A stretch of DNA of 40,803 bases from Burkholderiales bacterium (GTDB lineage Bacteria > Pseudomonadota > Gammaproteobacteria > Burkholderiales > JACQAP01). The notes under the pieces are model-generated. The model was not told the DNA's origin and did no database searches. It worked only from the letters and a program-made list of their open reading frames with translations. Position numbers and translations under genes: made by a program. This document shows, piece after piece, positions 34,607 to 40,803 of this stretch (positions are counted from its first letter, which is position 1; each line of letters opens with the position of its first letter). The DNA is taken from NCBI GenBank assembly GCA_036394495.1, contig DASWEZ010000084.1:1-40803 (forward strand). Reading direction: 5' to 3'.

Positions 34607-34642
34607 TTGACTTGCCCGTCCTTCAGTTAGATACTTATCTAA
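34607..34642 (+). promoter_or_regulatory. Putative promoter of the SDR gene, overlapped by a 7-2-7 palindromic operator
   Basis: TTGACT (34607-34612), a 17-nt spacer, then GATACT (34630-34635). Perfect palindrome TTAGATA-CT-TATCTAA at 34627-34642. Confidence 0.4.
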
Positions 34643-34681
34643 TCGTCGAATTGAAGACGCAATATTTTTCAGGAGAATCCA

Positions 34682-35428
34682 ATGAGCAAATTGACTGGCA
34701 AGGTGGCCATCGTGACCGGCGCGTCCAAGGGCATCGGCGCAGGGATCGCGAAAGGCCTGGGCGCTGAAGGCGCTTCGGTGGTAGTGAATTATTCTTCAAG
34801 CAAGGAGGGCGCCGATCGCGTCGTTGCGGAAATCAAGGCCAAGGGCGGCAAGGCCATTGCAGTCCAGGGCGATGTCTCGAAGTCAGCCGACGTGACGCGG
34901 CTGTTCGCCGAGACGAAGAAGGCCTACGGGACTTTCGATGTGCTCGTGAACAACGCCGGCGTGTACGAGTTCGGGCCGCTCGAAGCCGTGACGGAAACTG
35001 AGTTCCATCGCGAGTTCAATACCAATGTCCTCGGCCCGATCCTGGCTACCCAGGAAGCGCTGAAGCATTTCGGTCCCAAAGGCGGCAGCGTGATCAACAT
35101 CAGCTCCGTCGTAAGCACGACGCCGGTGCCGAATTCTGTGGTTTATTCCGCGACCAAGGGCGCCCTGGATGCGGTCACCCGTGGCCTGGCCAAGGAACTC
35201 GGGGCGAGAAATATCCGCGTGAACACCATTGCACCGGGTGGCGTGGAAACCGAAGGCACGCATAGCGCTGGCGTGGTCGGCAGCGACTTCGAAAAGCAGA
35301 TTGTCGCCGCGACACCGCTTGGCCGATTCGGGCAGCCGGAAGATATTGCACAGGTTGCAGTATTCCTCGCTTCCGACGATTCCGGATGGCTTACCGGCGA
35401 GCGCATCACGGCTTCCGGCGGCTTCTGA
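34682..35428 (+). CDS. Short-chain dehydrogenase/reductase (FabG/glucose-1-dehydrogenase-like)
   Basis: 248 aa with AGGAGA upstream. TGASKGIG, NNAG and YSATK motifs. Confidence 0.9.
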   Translation: MSKLTGKVAIVTGASKGIGAGIAKGLGAEGASVVVNYSSSKEGADRVVAEIKAKGGKAIAVQGDVSKSADVTRLFAETKKAYGTFDVLVNNAGVYEFGPLEAVTETEFHREFNTNVLGPILATQEALKHFGPKGGSVINISSVVSTTPVPNSVVYSATKGALDAVTRGLAKELGARNIRVNTIAPGGVETEGTHSAGVVGSDFEKQIVAATPLGRFGQPEDIAQVAVFLASDDSGWLTGERITASGGF

Positions 35429-35504
35429 CAAAACCGCGGACTTCCCGCGGCAATCTCGTTCCACAGACGCAAGACTCTCTCCCGAGATAGTGCGCTCTGT
35501 TTCC

Positions 35505-35530
35505 GGGGAGGCGCTCGCCTCCCCGTTTTT
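35505..35530 (+). terminator. Rho-independent terminator downstream of the SDR gene
   Basis: GGGGAGGCG/CGCCTCCCC stem (35505-35524), followed by G and TTTTT (35526-35530). Confidence 0.6.
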
Positions 35531-35544
35531 AATGGTTGCCTGCG

Positions 35545-36435
35545 TTATTCGACATCGTCGATCGAGCGCGGCCAGCTTTTCTTGAGCAGGCGCGATAGCG
35601 CGCGGTCGGCGAGCACCTTGCCCCCGGTCTGGCAGCGTGCGCAATAGTTGGTCTCGTGGGCGCCGTGGACGATGCGCTGCACCGGCGAGCCGCACACCGG
35701 ACAGGGTTTGCCGTAGCGGCCGTGAACCGCCATTTCCTCGCGAAACGCCGTTACTTTCTCCGGAAATTTTCCGTCCGTCTGTTTTCTCAGGCGCTCGGTC
35801 CATTCGTTCAGGGTTGACCGGATCGCGTCGTAGAGCTCCTTGATTTGCGCCTCGTCGAGCTTCCGGGTCATGGCGATCGGGGAAAGCCGTGCGCGATGCA
35901 GGATCTCGTCGGAATACGCGTTGCCGATGCCGCTGAAGATATGCGGATTGGTCAGGGCGCGCTTGAGCGTATGGTTGTGCGCCTTCAGCTGCCGCGAAAA
36001 AGACGCGAGATTCACCTCCAGCACTTCCATTCCCGCGACGTGCAGGGCATCGAGCGCGGATTCGCCCTCGACCAGGTGAAGTGAAGCCATCCGCTTGGTC
36101 CCGGCTTCGGTAAACACCAATGCGCCGCTCTCGAACTCGAGCACGGCCAGCGCATTGCGGCCTGGAAGCTTGGCTTTCGCCTTTGTGTCGGACCAGCGCA
36201 GCCGGCCGGCGATCATCAGGTGAAGCACCAGGAATAGCCCGCCCTGGAGTTCGAACACGATGCGCTTGCCCAGACGCCGGAGGCCGAGGACCTTCCTGCC
36301 TTCGGCGGCGGATATCGGCGGCACCGCCGTGCGCAGGATGAAAGGATTGAGTAGTTGCACGCGTTGCAGGACCTTGCCCCTGACGCGGGCTTCCAGGCTC
36401 TCGATATAGACGACAATGTCGGGCAGTTCGGGCAT
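35545..36435 (-). CDS. Fpg/Nei-family DNA glycosylase / AP lyase
   Basis: 296 aa. N-terminal MPELPD (catalytic Pro2/Glu3), H2TH region, C-terminal zinc finger CPVCGSPV...CARCQ. Confidence 0.8.
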   Translation of the reverse strand: MPELPDIVVYIESLEARVRGKVLQRVQLLNPFILRTAVPPISAAEGRKVLGLRRLGKRIVFELQGGLFLVLHLMIAGRLRWSDTKAKAKLPGRNALAVLEFESGALVFTEAGTKRMASLHLVEGESALDALHVAGMEVLEVNLASFSRQLKAHNHTLKRALTNPHIFSGIGNAYSDEILHRARLSPIAMTRKLDEAQIKELYDAIRSTLNEWTERLRKQTDGKFPEKVTAFREEMAVHGRYGKPCPVCGSPVQRIVHGAHETNYCARCQTGGKVLADRALSRLLKKSWPRSIDDVE

Positions 36436-36520
36436 GGGTGTTTCGCGGGTGGCCTGCTAATTTCAAGGTTTTCCGCGTTCAGATCAAGTCCGGGAACGCG
36501 GAAGCCCCCGGCTGCATCGA

Positions 36521-37252
36521 ATGATCAGACAATCCACGGAGCGCATCGTGCCCGTCAATGCTGAAGTGAAAGTGGCCCTCTCGAACGACCTCGCCGACGG
36601 TGAACTCGCCCGACGCGTGGCGACCGGCGACGAATTGGCGTTCGAAGTGCTCATGCGCAAGCACAATCGCATGCTCTACCGCGTTGCCCGTGCCATCCTG
36701 CGTGACGACGCCGAGGCGGAAGACGCCTTGCAGCTGGCCTATCTGCACGCCTACCAGGCGATCGGCCGCTATCGCGGCGAATCCAGGCTTTCGACGTGGT
36801 TGACCCGCATCGTAGTGAATGAATCGCTGATGCAGGCGCGCAAGCGCCGCCGGGAAAGCATGGTCATTCCGCTGGAGTCCCTGTCGGGGGAATCGGACAT
36901 GGCGATGATCGAGAACATCGAGAGTTCTGCCGAACTTCCCGATAGCGCCGCCATGCGCGGCGAAACGCGGTTGCTGATCGAACGCCATATCGATGCCCTT
37001 CCCGAAATATTCCGTACCGTCTTCGTCCTGCGCGCGCTCGAAGAGTTATCGGTGGAAGAAACCGCGGCCAGCCTCGACATACCGGAAGCCACCGTGCGCA
37101 CGCGGTTTTTCCGCGCGCGCGGCCTGTTGCGCGAAGCACTCGCACGCGAGATCGACGTCGCCACCGGAGAGGCTTTTGCATTCGATGGCGCGCGCTGCGA
37201 TCGAATCGTGAGCGCCGTGCTCGGCCGCATCCACCCGCCCGATACCACCTGA
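36521..37252 (+). CDS. ECF-type RNA polymerase sigma factor with a ~45-aa C-terminal extension
   Basis: 243 aa. Region 2 (..MLYRVARAILRDDAEAEDALQLAYLHAY..STWLTRIVVNE) and region 4 (..LEELSVEETAASLDIPEATVRTRFFRAR). Extra tail ..ATGEAFAFDGARCDRIVSAVLGRI. Confidence 0.8.
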   Translation: MIRQSTERIVPVNAEVKVALSNDLADGELARRVATGDELAFEVLMRKHNRMLYRVARAILRDDAEAEDALQLAYLHAYQAIGRYRGESRLSTWLTRIVVNESLMQARKRRRESMVIPLESLSGESDMAMIENIESSAELPDSAAMRGETRLLIERHIDALPEIFRTVFVLRALEELSVEETAASLDIPEATVRTRFFRARGLLREALAREIDVATGEAFAFDGARCDRIVSAVLGRIHPPDTT

Positions 37253-37333
37253 CCGCCGTCCGGCGGTCGTTCCGATCCCGGCGCCGTATGTGCCGGATTC
37301 CCTCAAGTCCCCTGAATCTCGAAGGAGAGGTCC

Positions 37334-37915
37334 ATGTCTTTTCTAAATTTTGTCCGCAATGATTGTTCGAACCCCTCGCGCCGCGCGTTTCTCGGAGAAT
37401 CCGGCCTGCTGCTGTCCGCGTCCGCCATTGCCCTGCTTGCAGGCAGTGAAGCACTGGCTGCAGATCAGAAGAAAACCGACGGCGGCAACGATGTCGCGAT
37501 CCTCAACAGCGCGCTCGGCTCCGAACGGGAGGCAATAGCGGCATACCAACTCGGCGCGGACAGCGGCCTGCTGGAGCCGGCGGTGAAAATCGTGGCGCTC
37601 AAGTTCCAGGGCCACCATAAGGCGCATGCGGATCTGCTTGCCGCGACCGTTTCGAAGCTGGGCGGCCATCCCGTCGAAGCCAGAAAGAAGTACGATTTTC
37701 ATACGGAAAAACTCAAGAACCAGACCGATGTTCTGCGATTTGCCGCCCAACTGGAACAAGGCGCAATAAGCGCGTATCTCGGTGCAGTGCCGGCATTCGG
37801 CAACCGCGACCTCGCGCATGCTGCGGCGAGCATCCTCGGCGACGAGGCGATGCATTGGGCGATCCTGCGCAACGTGCTGGGCGAGGATCCCGTGCCTGCG
37901 GCTTTCGTGGGCTAG
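37334..37915 (+). CDS. Tat-exported ferritin-like domain protein
   Basis: 193 aa with AAGGAGAGG upstream. Twin-arginine motif SRRAFL. Ferritin-like four-helix pattern (..LNSALGSEREAIAAY.., ..GDEAMHWAIL..). Confidence 0.65.
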   Translation: MSFLNFVRNDCSNPSRRAFLGESGLLLSASAIALLAGSEALAADQKKTDGGNDVAILNSALGSEREAIAAYQLGADSGLLEPAVKIVALKFQGHHKAHADLLAATVSKLGGHPVEARKKYDFHTEKLKNQTDVLRFAAQLEQGAISAYLGAVPAFGNRDLAHAAASILGDEAMHWAILRNVLGEDPVPAAFVG

Positions 37916-37982
37916 CCCGGCGCAGCAGCAGGGGCCGGCGATGCGGTAGACTTCCGCAACACGCATAGTTGCTGGAGGCTGC

Positions 37983-38393
37983 ATGCCGGTCATGGAATGG
38001 AGCGATACCCTGGTGCTGGACGAGGGGATCATGGACGATACCCACCGCGAGTTCATCGAATTGCTGAACCGCGTTGCGGATGCGCCGGACGAAAGCATGC
38101 TGGCAGCGCTTGACGAGTTCATCCGGCACAGCGAGGAACATTTCGCGCAGGAGCAGCGCTGGATGGAACACATGACCTATCCGCCGCTGACCTGCCACGT
38201 AAAGGAACACGATGGCGTGCTCGAGACGGCGCATGAAGTGCGCCGCCGGGTTGCGGCCGGGGAAACGCGCTTCGGAAAAGTGCTGGCGCGGGCCGTGGCG
38301 GAATGGTTCGCGAACCATGCGTCAAGCATGGATCACGTGCTGGCCTTGTACATGAAGGAAAAGGGATACGACCCCGCGGCCTCTCCCCACTAG
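37983..38393 (+). CDS. Bacteriohemerythrin (hemerythrin-like metal-binding protein)
   Basis: 136 aa. MEWSD..GIMDDTHREF..HSEEHFAQEQRWM..H..EH.. His/Glu ligand pattern. Confidence 0.8.
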   Translation: MPVMEWSDTLVLDEGIMDDTHREFIELLNRVADAPDESMLAALDEFIRHSEEHFAQEQRWMEHMTYPPLTCHVKEHDGVLETAHEVRRRVAAGETRFGKVLARAVAEWFANHASSMDHVLALYMKEKGYDPAASPH

Positions 38394-38406
38394 CATGCAA
38401 GAGCAC

Positions 38407-38441
38407 AAAAAAAGGGCGGCCTGATGGCCGCCCGTTTTTTT
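38407..38441. terminator. Bidirectional rho-independent terminator (hemerythrin on +, ahpD on -)
   Basis: A7 (38407-38413), GGGCGGCC (38414-38421), loop TGAT, GGCCGCCC (38426-38433), G, T7 (38435-38441). Confidence 0.85.
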
Positions 38442-38460
38442 GATGCGAAGCGCTTTGCAG

Positions 38461-39012
38461 TTACGCCGCTGCGGCCAGTTCTTGTGTCGAAGCCGCTTCG
38501 GCCTCCAGCGTCACCGCCACGGCATGTACCACCGCGGCAATACGCACCGCAGCCTGTACCTGCTCCACGGTCAGCCCCGCTGCGCGCACGACTTTTTCAT
38601 GCGCCGTGATGCACATGCCGCAACCGTTGATCGCCGAAACAGCCAGTGACCACAGTTCGAAGTTTTCCTTCGCGGTGCCGGGGGCGCCGATCACATTCAT
38701 GCGCAGCTTGGCGGGCAGGCGCACGTACTCGTCGTTTTCCGCCAGGTGCAGGAAGCGGTAATAGACGTTGTTCATGCCCATGATCGCCGCAGCCGCCTTG
38801 GCGGCGGTGAAATCCGCCGGCGCCAGCTTTTCGCCGAATTCGGCGTTGATCGCCGCGATGACTTCCGGGTTGCGCGAAGCGAATGCCGCGGCGACGAAGG
38901 TGCCCGCCTTCAGCGTATCGTTCAGCACGGTTTCCGCCGCCAGTGAGCCGAGATTCAGCTTCAGGTCCTTGGCGTACTCGGGCAGGCGGTCCTTGAGGGT
39001 CTGGATAGACAT
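38461..39012 (-). CDS. ahpD: Alkylhydroperoxidase AhpD (carboxymuconolactone decarboxylase family)
   Basis: Real start ATG 39010-39012 ([21 protein letters not shown]). CxxC active site [12 protein letters not shown]. Downstream of ahpC. Confidence 0.85.
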   Translation of the reverse strand: MSIQTLKDRLPEYAKDLKLNLGSLAAETVLNDTLKAGTFVAAAFASRNPEVIAAINAEFGEKLAPADFTAAKAAAAIMGMNNVYYRFLHLAENDEYVRLPAKLRMNVIGAPGTAKENFELWSLAVSAINGCGMCITAHEKVVRAAGLTVEQVQAAVRIAAVVHAVAVTLEAEAASTQELAAAA

Positions 39013-39062
39013 TTTCAATCTCCTTTCAATGTGTTCGATCGGGCTCCGGCAGGTTGCTAAGC

Positions 39063-39086
39063 GGCCCGGCTCCGCAGAGCCGGGCC
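39063..39086 (-). other. Stable intercistronic hairpin between ahpC and ahpD
   Basis: GGCCCGGCTC (39063-39072), loop CGCA, GAGCCGGGCC (39077-39086); a 10-bp perfect GC-rich stem with no U tract. Confidence 0.6.
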
Positions 39087-39092
39087 CGCCGA

Positions 39093-39632
39093 TCAGGCAG
39101 CCTTGAGGAACTCGTCGCCCTTCTTCCAGTTGCACGCGCACAATTCGTCGGTCTGCAGCGCATCGAGCACGCGCAGGACTTCCGCGGGATTGCGTCCCAC
39201 GCTCATGTCGTTGACCGACACGAAGCGGATCACGCCTTCCGGATCGACGATGAACGTGGCGCGCAGAGCGACGCCTTCATTCTTGTCCAGTACACCCAGC
39301 GCGGAGGATAGCTCGCGCTTGATGTCTGCCAGCATCGGGAAGGGCAGATCCTTCAGATCGGCGTGGTTGTTCCGCCACGCCAGATGCACGAATTCGCTGT
39401 CGATCGATGCGCCATAGATGACGGCGTCGCGGTCGTTGAATTCGGTATTGAGTTTGCCGAACGCGGCAATTTCGGTCGGGCAGACGAACGTGAAGTCCTT
39501 CGGCCAGAAGAACAGCACTTTCCACTTGCCGGCATTGGACGCCTGGTCGATGCGCTGGAACGCCTTGTCAGGATCGATCGAAACGACGGCGTTGAGGTCA
39601 AATGCGGGAATGCGGTCACCGATGGTCAGCAT
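39093..39632 (-). CDS. ahpC: Peroxiredoxin AhpC (AhpD-coupled type)
   Basis: 179 aa with AAGGAG 6 nt upstream. Peroxidatic FTFVCPTE; C-terminal [10 protein letters not shown]. Confidence 0.9.
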   Translation of the reverse strand: MLTIGDRIPAFDLNAVVSIDPDKAFQRIDQASNAGKWKVLFFWPKDFTFVCPTEIAAFGKLNTEFNDRDAVIYGASIDSEFVHLAWRNNHADLKDLPFPMLADIKRELSSALGVLDKNEGVALRATFIVDPEGVIRFVSVNDMSVGRNPAEVLRVLDALQTDELCACNWKKGDEFLKAA

Positions 39633-39693
39633 GCTTGGCTCCTTTGAAAAGTGGTCTGGAAATGTTGTACGCGGCCACTTTGCGCCGTCCCGG

Positions 39694-39742
39694 TCGATCG
39701 ATAAAGCGAGAAAAATCGTTTATACTGATCGATAAATACGAT
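39694..39742. promoter_or_regulatory. Probable OxyR (LysR-type) operator in the ahpC-oxyR divergent region
   Basis: AT-rich tract with repeated GATCGATAAA (39694-39703 and 39725-39734) and CGAT-N12-ATCG dyads, positioned between the two divergent genes. Confidence 0.45.
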
Positions 39743-39764
39743 CAACGCCTCAGACCCCGATACC

Positions 39765-40706
39765 ATGGCCGCACTCCCCTCACCGCGACAACTGGGCTAC
39801 CTGGTGGAAGTCGCCGACAAGCTGAATTTCCGCGCGGCGGCCGAAGCAAGCTTCGTCACCCAGTCGACGCTGTCCGCCGGCATCAAGGAACTCGAATCCC
39901 TGCTCGGCGTGGAACTGGTCGAGCGCGATCCAAGGGGTGTGCGGCTGACTCCGGCCGGCGAGGAAGTGGTGCGGCGCGCCCGCACCATCCTGGCTGCGGC
40001 TCAGGATCTGGTGGATTCGGCGCGCGATGCCGGCGCGCCGCTTGGCGGCATTTTCCGGCTGGGCGTCATCCCGACGGTTGCGCCGTTTCTGCTGTCCGGC
40101 GTGATGTCCAAGATCAGGGACGAATACCCGGAACTCAAGCTCCATCTTCGCGAGGATCTCACCGAAAGGCTGCTGGAGAAGCTGCGCGCGGGAAGTCTCG
40201 ACGCGGCGTTGATCGCGTTGCCCTTCGAGACGGCGGAGTTGACGGTGATCGAACTGTTCCGCGATGAATTCTGGTTTGTTGCCCGCCAGGACGATCCGCA
40301 CGCCAAAAAGAAGGAAATGCTGGTGCGCGACCTCGAGCCCGGCAGCGTGGTGTTGCTGGAAGAGGGACACTGCCTGCGCGATCACGCCATCGCGGCTTGC
40401 GGTTCCCGGGGCGCAAAAGCCAGGGCGTTGCTGGAAGCGACCAGCCTGACGACGCTGATCCAGATGGTGGAGGGCGGATTGGGCGTGACGCTGCTGCCGG
40501 AACTGACCATCAAGGCCGGCATCCTCAAGGGAACCAAACTGATCGCCAGGCCGTTCTCGACCCAGGTTCCCGCTCGCACCGTCGCGTTAGTCGCCCGGCC
40601 CGCGGGCGCCAGGCGCGTGGACGTCGAAATGCTCGCGTCGTTTTTCCAGAAACACTACCGCGAACAATCCAAAGCCCGCCCCGCCTCCCGCCTCAAGACG
40701 CGTTAA
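39765..40706 (+). CDS. oxyR: LysR-family redox regulator OxyR
   Basis: 313 aa. N-terminal HTH. The redox pair context ..EEGHCLRDHAIAAC.. is as in OxyR (Cys199/Cys208 equivalents). Divergent from ahpCD. Confidence 0.8.
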   Translation: MAALPSPRQLGYLVEVADKLNFRAAAEASFVTQSTLSAGIKELESLLGVELVERDPRGVRLTPAGEEVVRRARTILAAAQDLVDSARDAGAPLGGIFRLGVIPTVAPFLLSGVMSKIRDEYPELKLHLREDLTERLLEKLRAGSLDAALIALPFETAELTVIELFRDEFWFVARQDDPHAKKKEMLVRDLEPGSVVLLEEGHCLRDHAIAACGSRGAKARALLEATSLTTLIQMVEGGLGVTLLPELTIKAGILKGTKLIARPFSTQVPARTVALVARPAGARRVDVEMLASFFQKHYREQSKARPASRLKTR

Positions 40707-40720
40707 TGCGGATTACACCC

Positions 40721-40757
40721 AACGCAGAGGCGCAGAGGACGCGGAGGACGCAGAGGA
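40721..40757. repeat. Left arm of a GCAGAGGAC-unit element (partner arm lies beyond the window end)
   Basis: acgcagaggcgcagaggacgcggaggacgcagaggaa immediately after the oxyR stop. Only one arm is visible. Confidence 0.6.
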
Positions 40758-40803
40758 AAACGAAAGAAAAGAGAGGGAAATAGTAGCCATTCTTACGGCG
40801 CCG

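Noticed and set aside
3556-36466. Many long antisense or off-frame ORFs: 3556-5181, 4856-6091, 10130-11425, 11956-13254, 13677-15275, 16347-17405, 17576-18634, 19941-21566, 21692-22909, 22900-24387, 25283-26782, 28801-29850, 29817-31997, 34883-36466
   Set aside because: Each overlaps a gene with clear family motifs on the other strand or in another frame. Their translations are dominated by R/A/G/P runs with no recognisable domains. This is the expected artefact of high GC3 coding sequence.
1615-40757. CRISPR array interpretation of the short tandem repeats
   Set aside because: The units are only 7-9 nt and are contiguous, with no spacers. Each array has just 3-5 units and is paired with an inverted copy. 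No cas genes are present. This is not CRISPR architecture.
1-40803. Mobile genetic element, prophage or defence island (transposase, integrase, restriction, toxin-antitoxin, retron, Cas)
   Set aside because: No ORF has motifs of these families as far as I can tell by eye. Gene content is metabolic, envelope-related or stress-related. The repeat elements therefore have no autonomous partner in this window.
1-40803. tRNA, rRNA, tmRNA, RNase P or riboswitch genes in intergenic regions
   Set aside because: I recognised no cloverleaf-compatible or conserved RNA motifs when reading the intergenic sequences. This is a weak negative, because no covariance-model search was possible.

Overview
High-GC (roughly 60-65% by eye) chromosomal segment, probably from a beta- or gammaproteobacterium. 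That assignment is not verifiable here, and every family call below comes from reading the supplied translations, not from a database search. About 40 credible genes. I saw no rRNA, tRNA, CRISPR array, transposase, integrase or phage genes.

Gene content, left to right:
- Envelope proteins: a LEA_2 lipoprotein, and a DUF805 protein with a pilin-like C-terminal tail.
- A ~14 kb orphan catabolic island (1702-16013): a homologue of the PAL-type NHL propeller, DUF4387, AtuA/DUF1446, a Liv-type ABC importer, a cyclase-family protein, an IclR regulator, a thiolase-like protein with its DUF35 partner, and an ADP-forming acyl-CoA synthetase.
- A pal paralogue followed by a lipidated CpoB-N-like coiled-coil protein.
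- Two TPM-domain genes.
- A histone-H1-like/SWIB fusion protein.
- A parvulin PPIase, an MFS transporter, RraA-like, HAD, DsrE-like and aldehyde dehydrogenase genes.
- DUF1015, then a three-gene 2-oxoacid oxidoreductase cluster (GltD-like flavoprotein-ferredoxin fusion, korA, korB).
- PhyH, ArsR and SDR genes.
- An oxidative-stress island: Fpg/Nei, ECF sigma factor, Tat-exported ferritin-like protein, hemerythrin, ahpCD and a divergent oxyR.

The most unusual signal is non-coding. About 12 of the roughly 30 intergenic gaps contain a long hairpin element whose two arms are tandem arrays of 7-9 nt units (GTGACG-, GTGAAT-, CACGAAGG-, CACAGAGG-, GAGGAAA-, GCAAAGGAC- and GCAGAGG-type). The 5' arm is always the purine-rich/GTG form. 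These elements overlap stop codons, split apparent operons, and include three copies with near-identical ~44-nt arms but unrelated centres. A second repeat class (CCCTCTCC/GGAGAGGG) has the opposite polarity. I rank this repeat system as the best candidate for something undescribed, followed by the orphan catabolic island and the NAD(P)-linked kor cluster.
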